A DNA stretch of 21,881 nt from Azolla caroliniana. Lineage: Eukaryota > Plantae > Polypodiophyta. The position numbers and the translations under genes are program-made. Where the stretch lies: assembly GCA_043228905.1 (NCBI GenBank), contig JBHGNT010000517.1:1-21881 (forward strand). The letters are read 5' to 3'. Positions 10,497 to 20,944 of the stretch are shown piece by piece; within the stretch, counting starts at the first letter, position 1; each line of letters opens with the position of its first letter. The notes under the pieces were generated by a model, which was not told the origin of the DNA, did not search any database, and saw only the letters and a list, made by a program, of their open reading frames with translations.

Positions 10497-10680
10497 CCAA
10501 CAATAGAGGAGAGTTCAAGTTTGAGTAAATTTTGCTAGTAGCGCAACATTCGACGTGAATTTACGGCACCACACAGTCCAGAGCAGAACAAAATTACAGA
10601 GCAGATGAACCAGTCAATTCAGGAAAGAATTGTTGCCATGCTACAACACTTCCGATTGTTTGATGGTTTCTGGGCGGAAG
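10497..10680 (+). pseudogene. Copia integrase core fragment, probable continuation of E
   Basis: NRGEF…IRREFTAPHSPEQN…MNQSIQERIVAML…GFWAE, ending exactly at the terminus of LTR D. Confidence 0.75.
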
Positions 10681-10947
10681 TGTGAGAATTGCGACCGGCC
10701 ACAACCGGTTTCACGTATGTATTTGGGTGCAAAGACAGAGATAAAGTGCAACGACAAGAAAAATAGGAAATGAGAAGAAAAAGACACAATATTTAACGTG
10801 GAAAACCCAAAAGGGAAAAACCACTTGGAGTCCACAAACTCCAAAACAGAATATACTATAAGGAGGAGTACAATGAGAAGTTTCAAGGCAACAACTTAAG
10901 CTCTCCTTCGTCACACTGACGGTCGTAGAGTTACTCGCTAATTGTCA

Positions 10948-10949
<2 letters not shown>

Positions 10950-11021
<72 letters not shown>

Positions 11022-11104
11022 GTTATAGAGGCAACAACCTTCTCTAACTATGTGACAACTAATGATGATACACCACTACAGTTAAAGTTTGCCCTAGTTG
11101 TTTA

Positions 11105-11180
<76 letters not shown>

Positions 11181-11261
11181 ATAGAGGCAACAACCTTCTC
11201 TAACTATGTGACAACTAATGATGATACACCACTACAGTTAAAGTTTGCCCTAGTTGTTTAT
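10950..11261. repeat. 156-bp tandem duplication containing (CT)n(CA)n microsatellite, in LTR D
   Basis: 11021-11105 is identical to 11177-11261; each copy is preceded by (CT)n(CA)n. Confidence 0.93.
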
Positions 11262-11292
11262 ATACTAAAACAACTTTCTGGCTATTTACAAG

Positions 11293-11779
11293 TATCACAG
11301 ACATGACAAAAATCATGTCGAGATTTGAACTCTTGACCTCTTGTATATAGTCAAGTGTTGTGTTCTATCCAACACATCCAAATATATAGTGTTATATATA
11401 TTTTAGTAGATTATTAGTAGATTATCTATTTCAAGTTCTAGGAGTTTTTAGAAAGTTCTAGAACTAGAAGGTTCTAGAGGGTTCTATAATATTCTCCCGA
11501 ATATTCTAATGCATGTACTTCGACTCACAGTATAAATACTTGTAAGTTACCTCCTTGATCCCTTTCAAGGGATTCAACACCAGTCATTGACACATCAATC
11601 TAGTATTCTCGTTTCGCCTCATCTTTGTCTCCTTGATCTTTATTTCTGTCTTCATGTCCTCATGTCGCTCACAACATCTAGAGTTCCTAGCCTCGTCACA
11701 TCTAGCTCCAAGTTCATCTGTCGCTCGTAGACCCATCATCTGTGCTCCGTCCTAGTCTGCACTTGGTGTGTCCGTGACA
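11293..11779 (+). mobile_element. Probable gypsy-type solo LTR inserted in LTR D
   Basis: TATCACAGAC…GTCCGTGACA (8/10 inverted termini), TTCTAGA-rich U3 like the G1 LTR, TATAAATA at 11531, antisense tRNA-like motif. No matching TSD was seen. Confidence 0.65.
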
Positions 11780-12320
11780 CATTTGGAATATTTACAAATA
11801 TAGTCTTCTGATTTCGGTTTCGGTTTTTGATTTCGGCCTCAGACGAAATACTTATTGACTCCATCTGACTCGGTTCATTCTCTTCCCATTCGGAGGGACA
11901 TGTTTCCCAACAAACTCCCCTTTCACTCCGGCATGAGGTACTTATCCAATCCGAGTCTTTGTTGGCACAAATTCAGCTTCTCGGTCGACAACACCTTTGT
12001 TAGTATGTCCGACATGTTCTCCGTTGTATGTACCTTTACTAGAGCAAACTCCTTCTCTTCCACTCGCTCTTAGAGCCAATGATACCTCCTTTGGATGTGC
12101 TTGGTCCTTGAGTGGTAGGTGTCATTTTTCACAAGGTGGATGACACTCTCGTTATCGCAATTGAGTCGGAATTCTTCTTGTCAAATTCCCAACTCTCCGA
12201 TAAATTCTTTCATCCAAATTATTTCCTTACCGGTTTCTGTTGTGGTCATGTACTCGACTTCCGTGGTTGACAACGCCATGGCCTTCTGCAGCCTCAACTG
12301 CCACGAAACAGCTCCCCCTA

Positions 12321-12419
12321 TGTCAAGGATAGTATTAGAGATAGGGAGAATTAGTACTAAAGATAGAGAGGGAGAATGAGGATTAGTACTAGGAAGGGGA
12401 AAAGTGTGCAAAGACTCAC

Positions 12420-12477
<58 letters not shown>

Positions 12478-13373
12478 TGATAACAGGTGGTATATTATAT
12501 GAAGATAAGATACAACTGTAGCTAGGAGGCTTAAGACTCGCGTTGAACCGAATTGGTTCTCAATAATGCCATGTGCCTCTTTTTATAGCGTGCTTAGGAG
12601 TATTCTTGACATTTCTAGAATGTTCCAGAGAAATCTAGAATATACATGGATTTCCTAAGTGAAATAATAAATGAAAACATTATATTTTATATTACAATGT
12701 ATAAAATGTATAAGTTAATGGTAGGGCTTCAACCCATGTGACACAAGGTCATGGGTTCAAATCCCTTTCAAGCCATACCATGCTATATCATGCCACTACT
12801 CTCTTCTAAGACGACGAGTGTTACTCTTCATCTTAGATTGTGGACCTAGTTTGTCGGGATATTGTTGATGGAAGTTCTCTTCAATAAAAGAGCTCGAGCA
12901 TTTGCTACATTCTTGATTGGTTCCCAAGTACGTTGGCTTGGACTATAGCCTAGCCAATCGACCAAATAGTAGAGCTTCTTCCAAACAATCTTGGAATCGA
13001 GGATGATAACAACTTCGTACTCCAGTCTTGCTTCAAGCTCAATCGAGGGTGGAGATGGTGTACTGCGATTTGGAATAATGTTGTCTTGATAGGGTTCGAG
13101 GAGAGAACTATGAAAAACCGGATGTATCCATAGTTACGGAGGTAGATCAAGACGAAAAGTGACGTCATTAAATTTTCCGATATTACGGAAAGGACCTAAT
13201 CGTCGACAATCCAATTTATCACATGGTCAAGTAGTCTTGATGTGTCGTCGTAATAGCCATACCTGATCTCCAATGTTAAAATAGGATAGAAGACAATCAT
13301 GATCTGCATAATCCTTTTGTTTTTGTTGGGCTTGATATAAATAGGTAGATAGGTATGCCTGTATCTTGCATAG
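12321..13373 (-). mobile_element. Chromovirus G2 (related to G1): integrase C-terminus, chromodomain and 3' LTR (12321-12795)
   Basis: Minus strand AQQKQKDYAD…VWLLRRHIKTT…EYEV…YLVDWLGYSPSQRTWEP. The LTR TGGCATGATAT…CTTGACA aligns with the G1 LTR, including its (CT)n. Confidence 0.9.
12705..12770 (+). promoter_or_regulatory. tRNA-like A/B-box cassette, antisense to G2
   Basis: TAAGTTAATGG (12711-12721) … AAGGTCATGGGTTCAAATCCC (B box 12754-12764). Confidence 0.6.
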
Positions 13374-13885
13374 TGTTGGGAGATCGGTTCCTCCGAATGA
13401 GATCCGGTGATGAATAAAGAGGACCCGTTGAGAACCGGAAGACAAAACATAGCTGTAAATATGTTTTCTCTTAGTAAGCCTATCGAGGCTATACTTGTAA
13501 ATAGCCCAAAGTTCATATAAGTATAAATATGACTTTGGGCAATCACTTTATAGTGTGTGTGGTTGTATAGTTGTTGTAACTGTTGTACAGTAAGTTACAG
13601 AGAGAGAGAGTGTGTGAGATAAAGAGCGATACTCTGCTGTAACCGCCGTGAACTGAAGAAACAGAGCTTGAGGTCATTGCCTCCGAGTCTCTGATTGTAC
13701 CTTTCTCATATTGTGATAGTTTGGATTCTGTGGGCTCCCGTGGTTTTTCCCTATTAGGGTTTTCCATGTAAACATCCTGCGTATTTCCTTGTGTACTCTC
13801 CATTTCCCATTTCTGTGTTTCATTCTCTTTTGAAGTGATTCAAGACTCTGTTGTGGCCGAACAATATTCCGCACAATTCTCAACA
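13374..13885 (+). repeat. 5' LTR of Copia H
   Basis: TGTTGGGAGA…TTCTCAACA, followed by a PBS. Confidence 0.9.
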
Positions 13886-13888
13886 ATT

Positions 13889-13900
13889 TGGTATCAGAGC
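13889..13900 (+). other. Primer binding site (tRNA-iMet) of H
   Basis: TGGTATCAGAGC lies 3 nt after the LTR end. Confidence 0.95.
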
Positions 13901-13914
13901 GAACAACACAGGAA

Positions 13915-15060
13915 ATGGAAGAATCGTTCAACAACATGTTCAAGCTGACCGGCTCCAACTACTCAGTGTGGAATTGGAAGATGAGGGACATGTTGGTGGT
14001 TAAAGATCTTTGGTTGCCGGTTCAGTTCGGGGAAAAGAGACTGGAAAAGATCAATGCCCCATTGTGGGAGGTGATGCACATGATGACAACGGCCTACATC
14101 CGGTGCTTATCGACATGAGCCTGTACAACAACTTCAATCAAGAGAGCAAGGCTCATGAGCTCTGGGAGAAGATTGACATCATGTTCCAGAACAAGAATGT
14201 TGTTAATCGGGTTTCGGTATTCAAGAAGTTAGTGAGGCTCCAGTACTAGGACGGCTCTAGTATGGCAGAGCACATGAATGCCTTCCAGGGATTGATCCAC
14301 TAGGCAACCTCGTTGGAAGTACCTCTTGCCGATGAGGTACTCGCATTACTCCTGCTCGGTTCCGTCCCAAATAGTTGGAGACGCTAGTTGTCACGTTGGG
14401 CAACGCCCGACCGCAATGAAAACAGTTGTCCCTAGCAAGGGTAAAATCAAGCTTGCTAGATGAAGAAGCTCGTCGGAAGGATTGGGAGTCTGGCACCGAT
14501 CCAAAGGCCTTGGTCATAGAAGATGACCACAACTTGTGAAGAGGCCGGTATCGGAGTCCCCAAAACCCGGAAAAGTGGGGCACGAGGTCGAAATCAAGGG
14601 GGAGGCCTACTTGTTTCCATTGTGGGAAGCCGGGGCAGTTCCAGAAGAACTGCCGGCATTTCTGGAAGGAGAAAGAAGATGACACTTGCTATTTGAAGAG
14701 TAGGTCAAACCAAAGAGGCCCAGATCGGAAAGGAACGTCGGCAATCACAACAAGTGAAGAGGAACTGATGCTCATCACCGAGGAAAATGAGTTAAACCTT
14801 GTCGGCGACGAGACAATGTGGGTTGTCGATTTTGGAGTGTCGTTCCACCTGACACCGGATCGGAAATGCTTCTCATCCTACACAATCGGTGATCATCACT
14901 ATGTCCGAATGGGGAATGAAGATATATGCCGAATTATCGGCATAGAAGATGTGTTGTTGACGACATCAACCAGATGCAAGTTGATGCTGAAGGATGTCCG
15001 ACACATTCCGGAGGTTCAATTGAATATGATATTAGTCGGTCGGCTAGATGATGAAGGCTA
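13915..15060 (+). pseudogene. Copia H gag-protease (left part)
   Basis: MEESFNNMFKLTGSNY…CFHCGKPGQFQKNC…WVVDFGVSFH…, with multiple stops and frameshifts. Confidence 0.88.
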
Positions 15061-15065
15061 GATGA

Positions 15066-15318
15066 TTGAAGTTGTTGTACAGGCTCATGTCGATGAAGCA
15101 CCGTATGTACGCCGTTGTCTTCATGTGCATCACCTCCCATATTGTGGCGTCGATTTTGTCCGGTCTCTTGTACCCAAACTGAACCGGCAACCAAAGATCT
15201 TTAACCACAAGCATGTCCCTCATCTTCGACTTCCACACTGAATAGTTGGAGCCGGTGAGCTTGAACATGCCTCCCAACGAATCGTTCATTTTCTGTGTCG
15301 TTTCGCTCTAATACCACT
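15066..15318 (-). mobile_element. Extra PBS (15305-15316) and gag 5' fragment downstream of the 3' LTR of element I
   Basis: Copy of 19886-20138 with about 7 differences in ~253 nt by eye. PBS reads TGGTATTAGAGC; ORF MNDSLGGMFKL… starts at 15289. Confidence 0.92.
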
Positions 15319-16234
15319 TGACGGGAACAACACGCTCCGTATACGCAATGCTCGGCCACAACTGAGCTTAGAATCATACACAGAAAACGGGAATAAATGC
15401 ACGACACAAAGAAGAGAAGAGTACATAGGATGTTTACGTGGAAAACCCCAAATTAGGGAAAAAAAAACTAGGGCAGCCCACAGGCTGCAAACTATCACTA
15501 TGTTAGAATGTACAATAGTGAGTTCACGGAGGCAACGACCTCGTGCTCACGATCTTTGCCACAGGCGGCGGTTACAACAGAGGCAACAACCTCTTTCTCT
15601 CCCTCTCTCTCTGTACGCTGTTACGCGCTCTCTCTTCTTACACCAACAAGAATGATAGCAGCAACTAAAAGTTTGCCCTAAGTCATATTTATACTAATAT
15701 GACTTTTCGGCTATTTATAAATATAGTCTCGATGGACTCTTAGAAACATATTTACGAATATGTCTCTTCATCCGTTGAGCATTCCTCACCGGGTCTGCAC
15801 CATCCCGCTCTGCGTAGCCGGGTACTCCTCATTCGGTTCTCACTGGGTCTGCACCATCCGGCTCTCCGTAGCCGGGTACTCCTCATCCGGTTCTCACCGG
15901 GTCTGCACCATCCGGCTTTCCGTAGCCGGGTACTCCTCATCCGGTTCTCACCGGGTTTGCACCATCCGGCTCTCCGTAGCCGGGTACTCCTCATCTGGTT
16001 CTCACCGGGTTTGCACCATCCGGCTCTCCGTAGCCGGGTATTCCTCATCCGGTTCTCACGGGGTCTGCACCATCCGGCTTTCCGTAGCCGGGTACTCCTC
16101 ATCCGGTTCTCACCGGGTCTGCATCATCCGGCTCTTCGTAGCCGGGTACTCCTCCTCCGGTTTCGGCCTCGGCCGAGTTTGTTCATCGACACTGTTCTTC
16201 TCCCTTCCCATCTGGAGGGACCTGTCTCCCAACA
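15319..16234 (-). repeat. 3' LTR of I (also followed by a PBS)
   Basis: Direct repeat of 20139-20944, roughly 6% diverged by eye outside the tandem array. Confidence 0.95.
15787..16162. repeat. 54-bp tandem array, ~7 units, in U3 of the 3' LTR
   Basis: Unit CACCGGGTCTGCACCATCCGGCTCTCCGTAGCCGGGTACTCCTCATCCGGTTCT. Confidence 0.97.
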
Positions 16235-16244
16235 AACTCCCCCT

Positions 16245-19200
16245 TCACTCCGGCATGGGGTGTCTTACTAGTTCGATCCGCTTCCGGCATGCATCCATCT
16301 TGTCGGGTATCAACACTTTGGTTAGCATATCTGACCCGTTCTCGGCCGTGTGGATCTTTGTCAGCGCGAACTCCTGGTCATCTACTCTTTCCCGGATCCA
16401 GTGATACCTTAGCTGGATATGCTTCGTTCGGGAATGGTAGGCCGCATTCTTAGCAAGGTGGATGGCACTTTGACTGTCGCAATAGAGCCGGTATTCATCT
16501 TGCCGGATACCGAGCTCTCCGATGAAGTCCTTCATCCATAATATTTCCTTGCCGGCTTCCACAACCGCCATGTACTCCGCTTCCGTGGTTGACAACGCAA
16601 CCGTTTTCTGCAGCCTCGACTGCCACGAAATAGCTCCCCCTGCATATGTCATTACATACTCGGATGTAGACCGGCTGGTATCCACATCAACCGACATGTC
16701 CGAATCGGTAAAACCGTCAAGTTGAGATCTTCCGGAGCCGAATCGGAGACACATATGCGAAGTGCCCTTCAAGTACCGGAGTATCCATTTGACCGCGTTC
16801 CAGTGCTTCTTGCCGGGATTGCTCATGAACCGGCTCCCCACTACGACTGCATATCCTATATCCGGTTGGGTACACACCATTGCGTACATTAGGCTCCCGA
16901 CGGCAGAGGCATATGGAATCTTCATCATATCCGCCTTCTCTGCAGTTTGCCGGAAGTGTTGATCCGACCGGTTTCTCATCTGACATGTTGAACCGGTGAA
17001 ACACCTTTGTCACGTACTTCTCCTGTGACAGCCACAATTGCTTCACTGACCGGTTCCGGATAATATGCATCCCCAACATCTATCTTGCCGGACCCAAGTC
17101 TTTCATTGAAAAGGTCCGGTTGAGAGCCTTCTTCAGCATCCGTATTTCGACTTGGTCCCGTCCGACGATCAACATGTCATCCACGTACAGAAGGAGTATC
17201 AGGAAGTCGCCTCCTTCGAACTTCTTCACAAACACACAGTGATCGGCCTGTGTCTTGTGGTACCCTTGATCGGTCATGAAGGAGTCAAACTTCCGGTACC
17301 ATTGTCGGGGAGCCTGCTTCAGTCCGTACAGGCTCTTCTTCAACCGGCATACCAGGTGCTCCTTCCCTTTCTCCACAAATCCTTCCGGTTGCTGCATGTA
17401 GATCTCCTCTTCGACGTCACTGTGAAGGAATGTCGTCTTCACGTCCAGCTGCTCTACCTCGAGGTCCATGCTTGCCGCTATACTCAGCACCATCCGCATG
17501 GAAGTCATCTTTACTACCGGGGCAAATATCTCGTCGAAGTCCACACCCTTCTTCTGCTGGAACCCCTTCACAACAATCCTGGCTTTGTATCTCGGGGGGT
17601 TACCGACATCTCCCGGTTTCAACTTGTACACCCACTTATTTCGGAGTGCCCACTTTCCTTTTGGCAACTCCACCAGTTCGTACGTATGGTTCTCATGCAG
17701 GGAATCCATCTCATCCTGCATGGCACTTAACCATTTTCGGCTGTGGGTGTCTTCCTTCGCTTCTTTGAAGCTTTCCGGCTCCCCCTCATCGGTCAGCAGA
17801 ACATGCTCTGCATCCGGAAATCTCTGGGGGGCCCTTCTCTCTCTGAGAGGATATCTCCGTCTTCGGGCTTCAGTAACCGGCTCCTCCATTTGCTCTTCAT
17901 CCGAATCCGATTCGGGGTCTTGGCCGGTTTCAGATTCGGCTTCCTCTACTTCTTCTTCAGCCTGTTCGGTATCCTCACCGTATCCGTCTGGTTCTTCGAG
18001 TGCTATCCGGTCTCTGGCCGGTTGGGTCTGCTCATCGTAGAATCAATCCTTACCGGTCGACTCGGAGTTCATTATCTTCTTCTCCGACTCCCAGTCGGTG
18101 AGCGTCTTGTCCTCCATGAAGATAATATCTCGACTCTGGAATACCTTCTTGTCGACCAGGTCCCACACTCGGTAGCCGAACTCATTGTCGCCGTAACCGA
18201 GGAATATGCATGGCCGGGTCTTTGGATCTAACTTTCCTCTCCGGTCCTTAGCCACATGCACGTACGCAAGACACCCGAACACCTTCAGGTGCTGGTAGGA
18301 TACTTCCTTACCTGTCCATACTCTCTGTGGTGTGTCTCCGTCCAAGGGTACTGAGGGTGATCTATTTATCACATATGTCGCCGTCGACAATGCCTCAGCC
18401 CAAAACTTCTTGGGTAGTTTTGCATGCGCTAGCATACTCCGGACCCTCTCCATTATGGTCCGGTTCATCCTCTCGGCCAGTCCGTTTAGTTCCGGCGTCT
18501 TCGGCACGGTAAATTCGAGCCGGATTCCCTTCAAGCGGCAGTACTCCTCGAACTGCCCCCGGTATTCTCCTCCGTTATCTGCTCGAACCGCCTTCAGCTT
18601 CCGGTCGGTTTCTCTTTCCACTCTCGCGTGGAGCTCTTTGAAGACGGATAGCACTTGATCCTTCGTCTTCAACGGTGTGGCCCACTACTTCTGGCTGTGG
18701 TCATCTATGAACGTCACGAAGTACTGCGCTCCGGCATGTGACTTCGTGTCTACTTGACACACATCCTTATGCACCAACTCCAGTGGTGCATTACGTCTCA
18801 TCGGTGGCCTTGGTCGGAAGGAGGTCCGGTTTTGCTTACCGGCCAGACAATCAGTGCACTTCTCCAAGTGCACATTCTTCACTGGAATGAGGTTGTCGTC
18901 TACAAGCCTCTTCATCCCCTTCTCCCTCATATGACACAGCCTCTTGTGCCATAGCTCACCGACAATGTCAGATGCCATGTTCACTTCTTCCGGACATAAC
19001 CGGGCATTCATCATGTACAGTGTGTTGACCTTCTGGGCCCGAGCCACAATCAGGCTCCCTTTGCTGAACTTCATGACACCGTTCCGGATGCTACCCGTGT
19101 AGCCTTCATCATCTAGCCAACCGGCTGATATTAGGTTCAGTCGAACCTCCGGAACGTGTCGGACATCCTTCAACAACAACTTGCATCCAGTTGGTGTTGT

Positions 19201-20109
19201 CAGCCGCACGTCTCCTATGCCGACAATTCGGCATGTACCTTCATTCCCCATCCAGACACAGCCGTGATCACCGGCTGAGTAGGATGAGAAGCATTTCCGG
19301 TCCGGGGTAAGGTGGAACGACGGTGTCCGCTTCGAATCGGTACCGTCGGTTTCCTTGTCTTTCCGGAAATGCCGACAATTCTTCTGGAAGTGTCCCGGCT
19401 TGCCGCAATAGAAGCAAGAAGGTCTCCCCCTTGACTTTGACCGTGTCCCCGACTTCTCCCGGTTCTGGGGACTACAGTTTCTATGTCTTACGCGTTCCGA
19501 TTCGGTAAGGAGCGCTTTGGAGTCGGAGCTCGTATCTTTATCTTTCCGATGCGCCTCCTCATCTAGCAGGCTCGACTTTACTCTTGCTAGGGATAACCGC
19601 TTTCCTTCCGGCCCGGCGTTGCCAAAAGTGACAACCAACATCTCCGAGCTGTCCGGGAGGGAACCGAGCAGGAGTAGCGCTAGTACCTCATCAGTGAGAG
19701 GTACTTCCAATGAAGTTGCCTGGTGGATCAGCCCCTGGAAGGCATTCATGTGCTCCGCCATGCTAGAGCCATCTTGGTACCGGAGTCTTACTAGCTTCCG
19801 GAATACCGAAACCTGATTAACATCATTTTTGTTTTGAAACATTATGCCGATCTTCTCCTAGAGGTCATGAGCCTTGCTCTCTTCATTGAGGTTGTTGTAC
19901 AGGCTCATGTCGATGAAGCACCGTATGTACGCCGTTGTCTTCATGTGCATCACCTCCCATATTGTGGCGTCGATTTTGTCCGGTCTCTTGTCCCCAAACT
20001 GAACCGGCAACCAAAGATCTTTAACCACGAGCATGTCCCTCATCTTCGACTTCCACACTGAATAGTTGGAGCCGGTGAGCTTGAACATGCCTCCCAACGA
20101 ATCGTCCAT
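16245..20109 (-). pseudogene. gag-pol of element I
   Basis: CFYCGKPGHFQKNC, LWHKRLCH, ADNGGEY, ELNGLAERMNR, YKARIVVKGF, LLYVDDML, ALSTTEAEY. Contains stops, a protease active-site deletion and a frameshifting deletion near 16942. Confidence 0.93.
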
Positions 20110-20138
20110 TTTCTGTGTCGTTTTGCTTTGATACCACT

Positions 20139-20944
20139 TGACGGGAACAACACGCTCCGTATATGCAATGCTCGGCCACAACCGAGCTTAGAATCATACA
20201 TAGAAAATGGGAATAAATGCACGACACAAAGAAGAGAAGAGTACACAGGATGTTTACATGAAAAACCCCAAACTAGGGAAAAAAAAAACCACGGCAGCCC
20301 ATAGGCTTCAAACTATCACTATGTTAGAATGTACAATAGTGAGTTCACGGAGGCAACGACCTCGTGCTCACGATCTTCGCCAGAGGCGGCGGTTACAACA
20401 GAGGCAACGACCTCTTTCTCTCCCTCTCTCTCTGTACACTGTTATGCGCTCTCTCTTCTTACACCAACAAGAATGACAACAACAACTAAAAGTTTTCCCT
20501 AAGTCATATTTATACTAATATGAGTTTTCGGCTATTTACAAATATAGTCTCAATGGACTTTCAGAAACATATTTACGAATATGTCTCTTCATCTGGTGAG
20601 CATTCCTCACCGGAACTGCACCATCCGGCTCTCCGTAGCCAGGTACTCCTCATCCGGTTCTCACCGGGTCTGCACCATCCGGCTCTCCGTAGCCGGGTAC
20701 TCCTCATCCGGTTCTCACTGGGTCTGCACCATCCGGCTCTCCGTAGCCGGGTACTCCTCATCCGGTTCTCATCGGGTCTGCACCATCCGGCTTTCCGTAG
20801 CTGGGTACTCCTCATCCGGTTCTCACTGGGTCTGCATCATCCGGCTCTCCGTAGCCGGGTACTCCTCCGGTTTCGGCCTCGGCCGAGTTTGTTCATCGAC
20901 ACTAATCTTCTCCCTTCCCATCCGGAGGGACCTGTCTCCCAACA
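20139..20944 (-). repeat. 5' LTR of I
   Basis: Precise TGTT terminus at 20944, followed on the minus strand by PBS TGGTATCAAAGC. Confidence 0.95.
20608..20872. repeat. 54-bp tandem array, ~5 units, in U3 of the 5' LTR
   Basis: Same unit as 15787-16162. Confidence 0.97.

Larger units (their letters stand above)
10681..12320 (-). mobile_element. Tork/Tnt1-like Copia D: RNase H end, PPT and 3' LTR (10681-11912)
   Basis: Minus strand GGAVSWQ…ALSTTEVEY…KHIQRRYHW…MPE*, then PPT at ~11915-11924 and LTR TGTTGGGA…TTCTCACA with the GGGTTTTCCACGTTAAA motif. Confidence 0.85.
15319..20944 (-). mobile_element. Near-complete Tork/Tnt1-like Copia element I
   Basis: LTRs at 20139-20944 and 15319-16234 (TGTTGGGA…TCCCGTCA), PBS 20125-20136, PPT 16237-16246, gag-pol between them. 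Confidence 0.95.

Noticed and set aside
4154-12795. G1 and G2 LTRs as the two ends of one element or an inversion
   Set aside because: They are in opposite orientation, each is preceded by its own chromodomain and PPT (both are 3' LTRs), and they are substantially diverged.
13196-13958. Minus-strand ORFs spanning the G2/H boundary and LTR H
   Set aside because: They are chimeric across an insertion junction or lie within non-coding LTR sequence.
15787-16162. CRISPR-like array
   Set aside because: The units are contiguous with no unique spacers, lie within LTR U3 and have no cas genes nearby; the context is eukaryotic.
15752-16404. Repeat-protein ORFs (also at 20520-21147)
   Set aside because: They are by-products of a stop-free 54-bp unit read in several frames on both strands, with no independent coding evidence.
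17152-18658. Long plus-strand ORFs antisense to pol of element I
   Set aside because: They are shadow ORFs expected from GC-rich coding sequence and show no motifs.
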